Source: Clostridia bacterium (GTDB taxonomy: Bacteria > Bacillota > Clostridia > Oscillospirales > CAG-272). Taken from it: a stretch of DNA of 64,000 bases. The position numbers and the translations under genes are program-made. The stretch is from contig CAAGGQ010000230.1 in the NCBI GenBank assembly GCA_900769475.1, positions 519 through 64,518 on the forward strand, in the 5' to 3' direction. Positions 37,238 through 46,133 of this stretch are shown here, in pieces; position 1 is the first letter of the stretch; each line of letters starts with the position of its first letter. A model generated the notes under the pieces. It saw nothing but the letters and a program-made list of their open reading frames with translations. It had not been told where the DNA came from and searched no databases.

Positions 37238-38036
37238 TTTACATACTCATACCAATTTGTGTGATGGCAAGGATTTCCCCGAGGCGGTAGTGCTTGCCGC
37301 TATAGAGGCGGGCATGGAGACCCTGGGCTTCTCGGGCCATTCAGGGCTTCCGTTTTCCACCAGCTGGAGCATGAACGCATCGAGAACGCTGGTCTATCAA
37401 AAGGAGATCCTTCGCCTCAAAGCCCTTTATGGGGATCGTATCCATCTTCTGCTCGGCATTGAGCAGGACTATTGCACCGGGATGCCCACGTATCCCTACG
37501 ATTATGTCATTGGCTCGGTGCATTGCCTGCAGCCCGCGGGAGGTGTGGTGATGGTGGATCATTCCGAGGCCGTGCTTCGGGAGGCCGCCAAGACCTATTA
37601 CGGCGGTGATCTGTTCCGCCTTTGCAAGGATTACTACCGGCGCATGGCCGAGGTGGTGGATGTCACCCATTGCGATATCGTCGGTCATTTTGATCTGGTG
37701 ACCAAGTTCAATGAGGGTGGGCGCATGTTCGACGAACAGGATCCCCGTTACCTTCACGCGGCGCTGGAGGCGCTGGACGCCCTGTTGGAGAAGGACGTGG
37801 TGTTTGAGATCAACACCGGTGCCATGTCCCGGGGCTATCGCAAGACCCCTTATCCCTCCCCCATTCTCCTGCGACGGATCGCGGAGAAGCGAGGACACGT
37901 GACCATTACCTCGGATTCCCACGCGAAGGAGACCCTCCTGCACGGCTATGCCGACGCGGTGCATCTGGCGCGCTCCAGCGGATTGGGATGCGTGTGGGTC
38001 ATGACACGGGACGGCTGGAAGAGCCGCCCCCTGTAA
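37218..38036 (+). CDS. Histidinol-phosphatase HisJ-family PHP domain protein
   Basis: NLHTHTNLCDG, GFSGHS, GSVH, GHFD and TSDSH metal-binding motifs of the PHP fold. Overlaps the upstream gene by about 20 nt. Confidence 0.8.
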   Translation: MMIPKCNLHTHTNLCDGKDFPEAVVLAAIEAGMETLGFSGHSGLPFSTSWSMNASRTLVYQKEILRLKALYGDRIHLLLGIEQDYCTGMPTYPYDYVIGSVHCLQPAGGVVMVDHSEAVLREAAKTYYGGDLFRLCKDYYRRMAEVVDVTHCDIVGHFDLVTKFNEGGRMFDEQDPRYLHAALEALDALLEKDVVFEINTGAMSRGYRKTPYPSPILLRRIAEKRGHVTITSDSHAKETLLHGYADAVHLARSSGLGCVWVMTRDGWKSRPL

Positions 38037-38069
38037 CATACCATTCAAAGAACCAAAGGAGGTGTGCCG

Positions 38070-38771
38070 ATGCGTTTAGATAAGATGCTTTCCGAGTGTG
38101 GCGTTGCCACGCGGAAGGAGAGCGCTCGCGCCGCGCGGACAGGTTCTATCACCGTCAACGGCGTCCCGGTGCGCTCGGCCGACGTGAAGGTGGACCCCGA
38201 AGCCGATGCCGTGGTCTATTGCGGCACTCCCGTGCGCTATCGGAAATTCTTTTACTTTATGATTAATAAGCCCGACGGCTATGTCAGCGCCACCGAGGAC
38301 GGTCGCGACCCGGTGGTGACCGAGCTGTTGCCCGAGGAATACCGCAGGCTGGGACTTTTTCCCTGCGGTCGGTTGGATAAGCACACCCTGGGGCTTATGC
38401 TCCTTACCAATGACGGCGTGCTTTCTCACCGTCTGCTCTCACCACGTCATCACGTGGAAAAGTCCTATGGCTTTACCGTCAAGTTCCCCCTCTCGGCCAC
38501 CGATCTGGATGCGCTGGAGGCAGGAGTGGACATTGGCGGCTACGTGACCAAGCCCTGCCGCGTTCGTCTTTTCAATGAAAAAAGCGGTACCATCACCATC
38601 ACGGAAGGGAAGTACCATCAGATCAAGCTGATGATGGAAGCCGTACACAACCAAATCATGTCCCTGGAGCGATTGACCTTCGGCCCACTCTCCCTGGACC
38701 CCGCCCTGGAGCGGGGCGACTGGCGGGAGCTGACCGAGGAAGAGATCGCATTGCTGAACCAACACCTCTAA
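38070..38771 (+). CDS. Pseudouridine synthase, RsuA/RluB family, with S4 domain
   Basis: S4 domain MRLDKMLSECGVATRKE, catalytic GRLDKHTLGLMLLTNDG and KYHQIK. AAGGAGG lies 7 nt before the ATG at 38070. Confidence 0.85.
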   Translation: MRLDKMLSECGVATRKESARAARTGSITVNGVPVRSADVKVDPEADAVVYCGTPVRYRKFFYFMINKPDGYVSATEDGRDPVVTELLPEEYRRLGLFPCGRLDKHTLGLMLLTNDGVLSHRLLSPRHHVEKSYGFTVKFPLSATDLDALEAGVDIGGYVTKPCRVRLFNEKSGTITITEGKYHQIKLMMEAVHNQIMSLERLTFGPLSLDPALERGDWRELTEEEIALLNQHL

Positions 38772-38801
38772 CCTATCCCACAATTCACAACGAAAGGAAC
38801 C

Positions 38802-40979
38802 TTGAATACCCCCATGAACATCAACGAAAAACTTGCCCAAGAATTCAACCTCAAGCTCGAGCAGGTAGACAAGACCGTGGAGCTCATCGACGAAGGCAAC
38901 ACCATTCCCTTTATTGCCCGTTACCGTAAAGAAGTAACCGGAAGTTTGGACGATAATATTCTGCGTGATCTCTTTGATCGTCTCACCTTTTTGCGCAATA
39001 TTGAGAAGCGCAAGCAGGAGGTCTTTGATCTGATCAGCGCCCAGGAAAAGATGACCCCCGAGATCCAGGCCGCTATCGAGGCCGCGCAAACCATTACCGA
39101 GGTGGATGACATCTACCGTCCCTTCCGTCCTCACCGCAAGACTCGTGCGTCGGTGGCAAGAGAGAAAGGGCTGGAGGATCTGGCAACTCTGATCTTTTCC
39201 CAGGAGCCGACCTATACGCCGTCCATCGAGGAGCAGGCCGAGGCCTTTGTCAGCGAGGAAAAGGGCGTGACGTCGGTGGAGGAGGCGTTGCAGGGTGCCA
39301 AGGACATCATCGCCGAGAATGTTTCGGACAACGCCGAGTTCCGTAAAGAGCTTCGCCGCCTGACCTTTGAGTTCGGCCTGCTTACTACCAAGCAGGCAAA
39401 GGAGGAGGATTCGGTCTACGCCCAGTATTACGAGTATTCCGAGCCCCTCAAAAAGGTGCTTCCTCACCGCGTGTTGGCCATCAATCGCGGAGAAAAGGAG
39501 GATTTTCTCAAGGTTTCGGTTACGGTCGCTTCCGAGATTGTGCTGAATTATTTGCTTTCTCAAACCCTGTTGAACAACGGCAGCCCTGCAGAAAAGTACG
39601 TGACTGCTGCCGTTTTGGACAGCTACGATCGTTTGATCGCTCCCTCCATCGAGCGTGAGATCCGCAACGATCTCTTTGATAACGCCAGTGAGGGGGCCAT
39701 TAAGGTCTTTGCCGATAACCTGAGTCATCTTTTGATGCAATCGCCTCTGAAGGGCAAGACTGTGCTGGGCTTTGACCCCGGCTACGCTCACGGCTGTAAG
39801 CTTGCGGTGGTAGAGAAGACGGGTAAGGTGGTGGATACCGCCGTGATCTATCCCGTAAAGCCCCGGGAGGAGACCGAAAAGAGCAAAACCATTGTAAAGC
39901 GTTTGATCGCCAAGCACAAGGTGGATGTCATCGCCATCGGCAACGGCACCGCCTCCAAGGAGAGCGAGATCTTTATTGCCAACCTGCTCAAGGAGATCCC
40001 CGGTGACGTGAAGTACATTGTGGTCAGCGAGGCAGGAGCTTCTATCTACTCGGCCTCCAAGCTGGCCGCTGAGGAATTCCCCGAGTTTGACGTAATGCAG
40101 CGTAGCGCAGTATCCATTGCCCGCCGTTTGCAGGATCCTCTGGCCGAGCTGATCAAGATCGATCCCAAGGGCATTGGCGTTGGGCAGTACCAGCACGATA
40201 TGAAGCAGGCACGCCTGGACGAGGCTCTGGGTGGTGTGGTAGAAGATTGTGTAAATAAGGTGGGTGTGGATGTGAACACCGCGTCCTATTCCTTGCTGTC
40301 CTATATTTCGGGCATCAATATCACCTCCGCAAAGAACATTGTAAAATACCGCGAGGAGAACGGCGAGTTCACCTCCCGTGCCCAACTGCTCAAGGTGCCG
40401 CGCATTGGTGCCAAGGCCTACGAGCAGGCGGCGGGCTTCTTACGTGTTCCCGGAGGAAAGGAGATCCTGGACAACACCGGCGTGCATCCCGAGTCCTACG
40501 CCGCCACCGCACAGCTCCTTGCCATATTTGAGTATTCCAAGGCCGACGTTGCCAACGGAACTATTGGGAAAACGCTGGGGGATAAGGTGCGCAAGACCGG
40601 CGTTGTAAAGGTTTGCGAAACCCTTGGCATTGGAGAGCCTACGCTCTTTGATATTCTGAATGAGCTGGAAAAGCCCGGCCGTGACATTCGTGACGCCCTT
40701 CCTCCTCCCGTGCTTCGGGATGATATCCTGAGTCTGGAGGATCTCAAGCCCGACATGGAGCTGATGGGAACCGTGCGGAACGTGATCGACTTTGGTGCTT
40801 TTGTAGACATTGGCGTACACCAGGATGGTCTGGTGCACATTTCTCAGATCTGTGATCGCTTCGTAAAGCATCCTTCCGAGGTGGTTAAGGTAGGAGATAT
40901 CGTAAAGGTGCGCGTTCTCAGTGTTGACGTTCCTAAAAAGCGGATCTCTCTTACCATGCGCTCCAAATCCAAGGCTTGA
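38802..40979 (+). CDS. tex: Tex-like transcription accessory protein (YqgF/HhH/S1 domains)
   Basis: TIPFIARYRKEVTGSLDD, a YqgF-like GLDPGYAHGCK and a C-terminal S1 domain GTVRNVIDFGAFVDIG. The start is either TTG 38802 or ATG 38814. Confidence 0.9.
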   Translation: MNTPMNINEKLAQEFNLKLEQVDKTVELIDEGNTIPFIARYRKEVTGSLDDNILRDLFDRLTFLRNIEKRKQEVFDLISAQEKMTPEIQAAIEAAQTITEVDDIYRPFRPHRKTRASVAREKGLEDLATLIFSQEPTYTPSIEEQAEAFVSEEKGVTSVEEALQGAKDIIAENVSDNAEFRKELRRLTFEFGLLTTKQAKEEDSVYAQYYEYSEPLKKVLPHRVLAINRGEKEDFLKVSVTVASEIVLNYLLSQTLLNNGSPAEKYVTAAVLDSYDRLIAPSIEREIRNDLFDNASEGAIKVFADNLSHLLMQSPLKGKTVLGFDPGYAHGCKLAVVEKTGKVVDTAVIYPVKPREETEKSKTIVKRLIAKHKVDVIAIGNGTASKESEIFIANLLKEIPGDVKYIVVSEAGASIYSASKLAAEEFPEFDVMQRSAVSIARRLQDPLAELIKIDPKGIGVGQYQHDMKQARLDEALGGVVEDCVNKVGVDVNTASYSLLSYISGINITSAKNIVKYREENGEFTSRAQLLKVPRIGAKAYEQAAGFLRVPGGKEILDNTGVHPESYAATAQLLAIFEYSKADVANGTIGKTLGDKVRKTGVVKVCETLGIGEPTLFDILNELEKPGRDIRDALPPPVLRDDILSLEDLKPDMELMGTVRNVIDFGAFVDIGVHQDGLVHISQICDRFVKHPSEVVKVGDIVKVRVLSVDVPKKRISLTMRSKSKA

Positions 40980-41175
40980 TTTTAATTTATTAAAAATAAA
41001 ACAGTTTTTCTTGGCCTTGAGTTCATACTTTGTTATTGAAAATTGTGCAGGTTGCACAATGGGGGAGAGGAAAATTTGGAGAAATAAACTCTTCCATTTT
41101 CGGAGAAAATTTGGTACAATATATAGTGTTAAAAAATAATGCTCACAAGAGGGGCAATTTTAGGAGGAACAAAAA

Positions 41176-42291
41176 ATGGCAGGCTTATCCCTCAGACATA
41201 TTTATAAAAAGTATCCGGGCGGCGTTACCGCTGTATCCGACTTTAACCTGGAAGTTAAGGATAAAGAATTTTTGGTATTGGTAGGACCTTCCGGTTGCGG
41301 TAAGTCCACCACTCTTCGTATGATCGCTGGTCTGGAAGAAATTTCCGAGGGCGAGCTCTTCATCGGCGATCGTCTGGTGAACGACGTTGCTCCTAAGGAT
41401 CGTAAGATCGCGATGGTGTTCCAGAACTACGCTCTGTACCCCCACATGTCCGTGTTTGAGAACATGGCATTCGGTCTGAAGCTGAGCAAGGTTCCCAAGG
41501 AAACCATTAAGAAAAAGGTAGAGGATGCTGCTCGTATCCTGGATATCACCCACCTTCTGGACCGTAAGCCCAAGGCTCTGTCCGGTGGTCAGAAGCAGCG
41601 TGTGGCTCTGGGTCGTGCAATCGTTCGTGATCCCCAGGTATTCCTTCTCGACGAGCCGTTGTCCAACTTGGACGCTAAGCTCCGTGCTGCCATGAGAACC
41701 GAGCTGACAAAGCTCCACAACCGCGTTGGTACCACCTTTGTATACGTAACTCACGACCAGGTAGAGGCTATGACCATGGCTACCAGAATCGTAGTTATGA
41801 AGGACGGTCTGATCCAGCAGGTAGATACTCCTCAGAAGCTGTATGATGAGCCCGTAAACCTCTTCGTTGCAGGCTTTATCGGAACTCCTCAGATGAACTT
41901 CCTCAACGGTACCCTGGAGAAGAAGGCCGACGGACTGTACTTCGTATACGAGGGCAACGCTCTGAAGCTGCCTAAGGATAAGGCAGAGAACCCCGCACTT
42001 GCTGAGTACATTGGCAAGGAAGTGGTCGGTGGTCTCCGTCCCGAGTGTATCCACGACGATGCTTCTAACATTGATAAGTGCGACGGTGCTACCCTGAACG
42101 CATTCGTAGACGTTACCGAGTTGATGGGTGCAGAGATCTATCTCTACCTCAACGTTGGTGAGGAAGGCAAGTTGACCGCTCGCGTATCCTCCAGATCTAC
42201 CACTCGCGCAGGCGACACCATCAAGATCGGCTTCGATATGGAAAGAATGCACATCTTTGATAAGGACACCGAGCGTTGCATCATTCACTAA
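41176..42291 (+). CDS. Sugar ABC transporter ATP-binding protein, MsmX/MalK/UgpC type, stand-alone
   Basis: Walker A GPSGCGKST, LSGGQKQRVALGRA and LLDEPLSNLD, with a C-terminal TOBE-like regulatory domain. No permease gene is adjacent. Confidence 0.9.
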   Translation: MAGLSLRHIYKKYPGGVTAVSDFNLEVKDKEFLVLVGPSGCGKSTTLRMIAGLEEISEGELFIGDRLVNDVAPKDRKIAMVFQNYALYPHMSVFENMAFGLKLSKVPKETIKKKVEDAARILDITHLLDRKPKALSGGQKQRVALGRAIVRDPQVFLLDEPLSNLDAKLRAAMRTELTKLHNRVGTTFVYVTHDQVEAMTMATRIVVMKDGLIQQVDTPQKLYDEPVNLFVAGFIGTPQMNFLNGTLEKKADGLYFVYEGNALKLPKDKAENPALAEYIGKEVVGGLRPECIHDDASNIDKCDGATLNAFVDVTELMGAEIYLYLNVGEEGKLTARVSSRSTTRAGDTIKIGFDMERMHIFDKDTERCIIH

Positions 42292-42306
42292 TTGCATTTT
42301 ACAAAA

Positions 42307-42336
42307 GAACCGATGGAAACATCGGTTCTTTTTTTT
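42307..42336 (+). terminator. Intrinsic terminator
   Basis: gaaccgat/atcggttc stem followed by T8. Confidence 0.7.
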
Positions 42337-42439
42337 CCTTTTTCCGCAAAAGCCCTTTACAATCGCGGGGTTTTGTGGTAGAATAAAATGAAGTATTATT
42401 TCCAATATAAATGTGGAGGAAAAGAGGAGGGAAGAGCGA

Positions 42440-43459
42440 ATGAATCTCAACGAACAGTATTATCGCAAGATCATGAGTGCCATTGGCTTTGCTCTCTTGA
42501 TCTTCCTCCTATTGTTCAATATTTTTGGTGTGGTGATCTCTTTGATATTGCCCATGGTGCTCCATGCGGCCCTACCTAATGCGCCCATTGCCTACGACGT
42601 GATCTATCAGCTGTCGTACGCGGCGGGGTATTTGGCCAGCTTTATGGTTCCCGTGGCTTTTTTAAAGCTGTTTATCAAAAAGGCGGGATTCCATTACCAT
42701 CCTATGAACGCGCCCTTGCAGATTTCTCCCTGGTTGCCCTTGATTGCGCTGAGCTGTGTATCGCTGGTCTTTGTATTTTCCTATTTGAATTCGGTGATCA
42801 TGGAGCTTTTGGGAGGATACCCGGACTTTTTGTTCCAGCTCCCCGAGGAAGAGGATGTCCCCCCTGGGGTGTACCATTGGGTACTGGAGTTTATCGCAGT
42901 CTGTATGGTGCCCGGCTTTTGCGAGGAGTTTTTGTTCCGCGGAGCCATTCTTACCAACTGCTTGCCCTTTGGTCGAGGAAACGCTATTTTTATTAGCGCC
43001 TTGCTCTTCAGCTTCATGCACCAAAATCCCGCCCAGATCCTGTATACCTTTGCGGCGGGGATCCTGCTGGGGCTGGTTTACGAGCGCACGGGAAGCATTT
43101 GGAATTGCGTGCTGCTTCACATCTTCAATAACTTTGTGGCAACTGTCGAAACCATGCTCTCTACTGCCATCAGGGATTCGGTCATGCTCTCTCTGTGCAT
43201 CGACCTGCTGGAGCTCGCCATTTTCATTCTCGGTCTTCTTTCTGCCGTGATCCTGATCACTCGCTTCTTTGCCAAGGGAAAAACGCGAGTGGAAAACGGC
43301 TTTTTCGGCCGCGCGTTGCCGGCTTGCAATGACTACGCACCGATTCCCGTGGAGGCCCAAAGAGTGCGTCGGCTGTTTCTGGCCCCCTCCATGCTGGCGT
43401 TCCTGATCCTGGCAACGCTTCAGATCGGATTGATCTTACTCTACGCGGTGGTGTTTTAA
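42440..43459 (+). CDS. CPBP-family intramembrane glutamic endopeptidase (CAAX protease-like)
   Basis: EEFLFRG, FSFMH and HIFNN motifs in a polytopic membrane protein. GAGGAGGG lies 8 nt before the ATG at 42440. Confidence 0.8.
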   Translation: MNLNEQYYRKIMSAIGFALLIFLLLFNIFGVVISLILPMVLHAALPNAPIAYDVIYQLSYAAGYLASFMVPVAFLKLFIKKAGFHYHPMNAPLQISPWLPLIALSCVSLVFVFSYLNSVIMELLGGYPDFLFQLPEEEDVPPGVYHWVLEFIAVCMVPGFCEEFLFRGAILTNCLPFGRGNAIFISALLFSFMHQNPAQILYTFAAGILLGLVYERTGSIWNCVLLHIFNNFVATVETMLSTAIRDSVMLSLCIDLLELAIFILGLLSAVILITRFFAKGKTRVENGFFGRALPACNDYAPIPVEAQRVRRLFLAPSMLAFLILATLQIGLILLYAVVF

Positions 43460-43921
43460 ATGATGCAAAATGATGAAAAATGGATGCGCCTGGCCCTGGA
43501 GGAGGCCTCCCTCGCGGTAGCGGAGGGAGAAGTTCCCGTTGGCGCTGTGATCGTGCGCGGGGACGAGCTGATTGCCCGTGCTCATAATCAATGTGTAACA
43601 GCATGTGACGCTACCGCCCACGCCGAAACCCTGGCCGTGGCTAAGGCCTGCAAGACCTTGGGCTCCTGGAGACTGTCAGAGTGTACCCTATACGTGACCC
43701 TGGAGCCTTGCCCCATGTGCGCCGGCGCGGCCATCAATGCCAGAATCTCCAGGATCGTTTACGCCGCCAAGGATCCCCGTGCCGGTGCCTGTGAGAGCCT
43801 GTTCCGCCTGGCTTCCTATCCCCTGGAGTGCCAACCCGCTTGCGAGAGCGGACTGTTGCAGGAGGAATCGCTTGCGCTTCTTTCCAATTTCTTTTCCACT
43901 ATGCGAAAAAGAACCACTTAA
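43460..43921 (+). CDS. tadA: tRNA adenosine(34) deaminase
   Basis: HAETLA and TLEPCPMCAGA zinc-binding motifs; 153 aa. Confidence 0.9.
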   Translation: MMQNDEKWMRLALEEASLAVAEGEVPVGAVIVRGDELIARAHNQCVTACDATAHAETLAVAKACKTLGSWRLSECTLYVTLEPCPMCAGAAINARISRIVYAAKDPRAGACESLFRLASYPLECQPACESGLLQEESLALLSNFFSTMRKRTT

Positions 43922-43961
43922 TTTGCAATATTACAACCCCTGAAAGGCTTGGTAATCAACA

Positions 43962-44966
43962 ATGTCAAACGTTATGATCCCCGAGGGATACCAATCGTTT
44001 CTTTCCCTCCGTCAAACCCAATACGCCATCAAAAAGGTCAAAGATTTCTTCGAGCGCGACCTTACCGCCCAGCTCAATCTGATCCGTGTTTCGGCTCCGC
44101 TGTTCGTGGATCCCGAGATCGGCCTGAACGATAACCTCAACGGCGTGGAGCGCCCGGTACAGTTCGATCTGTTTTCTGGAAAAACGCTGGAGATCGTTCA
44201 TTCTTTGGCAAAATGGAAGCGCTTTGCCCTCAAGACCTATGGCTTTGAGGCAGGCGAGGGCCTGTATACTGATATGAACGCCATTCGCCGCGACGAGGAT
44301 ACCGATAATATTCATTCCATGTTCGTAGACCAATGGGACTGGGAAAAGATCATTACTCCGGAGCAGCGCAACCTGGAATACCTCAAGGAGGTGGTGGAGT
44401 GCATCTACCAGACCCTGCGGCACACTGAAAATTATATCGTAAACGAATATTCCTTTATTGGTAAGCTTCTGCCCGAAAGGATCACCTATGTCACCTCCCA
44501 GGAGCTGGAGGACCGTTGGCCCGAGAAGACCGCCAAGGAGCGGGAATACGCGGCGGCCAAAGAATACGGTGCCATCTTTTTAATGCAGATCGGCGGAAAG
44601 CTGAAGAGCGGAAAGATCCACGATGGTCGCGCTCCCGACTATGACGATTGGTCGCTCAACGGGGACATCATCGTGTATTATCCCATCCTGGACATTGCGC
44701 TGGAGCTTTCTTCCATGGGCATTCGCGTGGACGAGGAGACTCTGCGCCGTCAGCTCAAGGAGCGTGGCTGTGAGGATCGCCAAAATCTTCCATTCCACAA
44801 GGCACTGCTCAACGGAGAATTGCCTTACACCATTGGCGGCGGTATCGGCCAATCCAGAATGTGCATGTTCTTCCTGCGCAAGGCTCACATTGGCGAGGTG
44901 CAGTCCTCCCATTGGAGCGAGGAAGAGGTGCGGCTCTGCGAGAAAAATGGCGTACATTTGCTATGA
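43962..44966 (+). CDS. asnA: Aspartate--ammonia ligase (asparagine synthetase A)
   Basis: About 334 aa. [34 protein letters not shown] and [12 protein letters not shown] are typical of AsnA. Confidence 0.9.
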   Translation: MSNVMIPEGYQSFLSLRQTQYAIKKVKDFFERDLTAQLNLIRVSAPLFVDPEIGLNDNLNGVERPVQFDLFSGKTLEIVHSLAKWKRFALKTYGFEAGEGLYTDMNAIRRDEDTDNIHSMFVDQWDWEKIITPEQRNLEYLKEVVECIYQTLRHTENYIVNEYSFIGKLLPERITYVTSQELEDRWPEKTAKEREYAAAKEYGAIFLMQIGGKLKSGKIHDGRAPDYDDWSLNGDIIVYYPILDIALELSSMGIRVDEETLRRQLKERGCEDRQNLPFHKALLNGELPYTIGGGIGQSRMCMFFLRKAHIGEVQSSHWSEEEVRLCEKNGVHLL

Positions 44967-44976
44967 TTTCGTTTGC

Positions 44977-45025
44977 GAAAGCAGAATCGGGATTCGGTTC
45001 TGCTTTCCTTATCTGATTTTTTGAT
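44977..45025 (+). terminator. Intrinsic terminator after asnA
   Basis: gaaagcagaa/ttctgctttc stem followed by a T-rich tail. Confidence 0.6.
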
Positions 45026-45045
45026 CTTATACGGAGGAAATGACT

Positions 45046-46131
45046 ATGAAACAGACGGGAAGGACCGTCGCTCTGTGTTTGCTGTTATGCTTGCTTGGAG
45101 GCATGCTCTGGGGATGCGGTGGGGAAGATCCGGCGGAACTTTTTGTAAAGACCCGCAATCTTACCTGGGCGGTGGGAGCCCCCTTGCCCGCGGCCGAGGA
45201 TTTTATCGTGTCCATGCCCGAGGGCGCAAGCGTCCGTTTTGCCGAGACCTATCGGTTCACGTCCCTGGGAGAATACACGCTTTTGCTGATCGTTACGTCG
45301 GCCAAGGGAAGCGAACAGCTGTGCGAGGTAAAATTTACACTGATCGTGGATGACGATCCTCCCGCGATCCGCGGTGCCAAGGATCTGAGCGCCTACCTTG
45401 GGGAGGGGATCTCCTACCGTGCCGGGATTCTGGTAACCGATAATTGTAGCTCTGAAGTGGATCTGCAGGTGGATACCTCTGCGGTGGATCTGACTACCCC
45501 CGGAGCCTATCCCGTAACCTATATTGCCACCGATGCCTCGGGCAATCGGTCCGAGGTTACCGTGATTCTCTATCTGTATCGGGAGGAGATCACCAAAGAG
45601 ATGCTCTTCCGGCGTCTGGATCTCATCATTCAGGAATTCGTTCCCACGGCAGGAAGTCTGGAGCAGCAGGCCAGAGCCGTTTACGGCTACGTATTTTATC
45701 ACGTGGCATACACTTCCAGCTCGGATAAGAGCGATTGGATTCGCGCGGCCTACGAGGGGCTGCGCACCGGAGAAGGGGATTGCTACACCTATTTTGCCCT
45801 TTCCAAGGCCTTTTTTGAGCGCTTGGGCATAGAGAACATGGATGTTCAACGCACCGAGGGGCTGGTGGACGAGCGGCACTATTGGAACTATATCAACATT
45901 GGAAGCACCGAGGCGCCTCGTTGGTATCATTTTGACGCTTGCCGTTTGCAGGGAATTCAGCACAGCGGATGTCTGCTGACCAATCGGCAGATCGCCTCCT
46001 ATACCCGCCTTCGTGCCAACGAGCAGGGCGTGACCGGCTATTTTTACGCCTACGATGCCTCCAAGTACCCTTCCTGCGCCGAGCAGATCATCACCAGCAC
46101 TCCCAGCCTTGAGCCTTACGCGGAGGATTGA
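45046..46131 (+). CDS. Lipoprotein with an Ig-like (DUF5011/HYR-like) domain and a transglutaminase-like Cys-His-Asp core
   Basis: Lipobox GMLWGCGG. The Ig-like segment is PPAIRGAKD...YPVTYIATDASGNRSEVTV. The TGase-like triad context is GEGDCYTYFAL, RHYWNYI and WYHFDA. GGAGG lies 8 nt before the ATG at 45046. Confidence 0.6.
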   Translation: MKQTGRTVALCLLLCLLGGMLWGCGGEDPAELFVKTRNLTWAVGAPLPAAEDFIVSMPEGASVRFAETYRFTSLGEYTLLLIVTSAKGSEQLCEVKFTLIVDDDPPAIRGAKDLSAYLGEGISYRAGILVTDNCSSEVDLQVDTSAVDLTTPGAYPVTYIATDASGNRSEVTVILYLYREEITKEMLFRRLDLIIQEFVPTAGSLEQQARAVYGYVFYHVAYTSSSDKSDWIRAAYEGLRTGEGDCYTYFALSKAFFERLGIENMDVQRTEGLVDERHYWNYINIGSTEAPRWYHFDACRLQGIQHSGCLLTNRQIASYTRLRANEQGVTGYFYAYDASKYPSCAEQIITSTPSLEPYAED

Positions 46132-46133
46132 CT

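Noticed and set aside
38439-40385. 648-aa minus-strand ORF opposite the pseudouridine synthase and tex genes
   Set aside because: It is antisense to two well-supported genes and shows no motifs.
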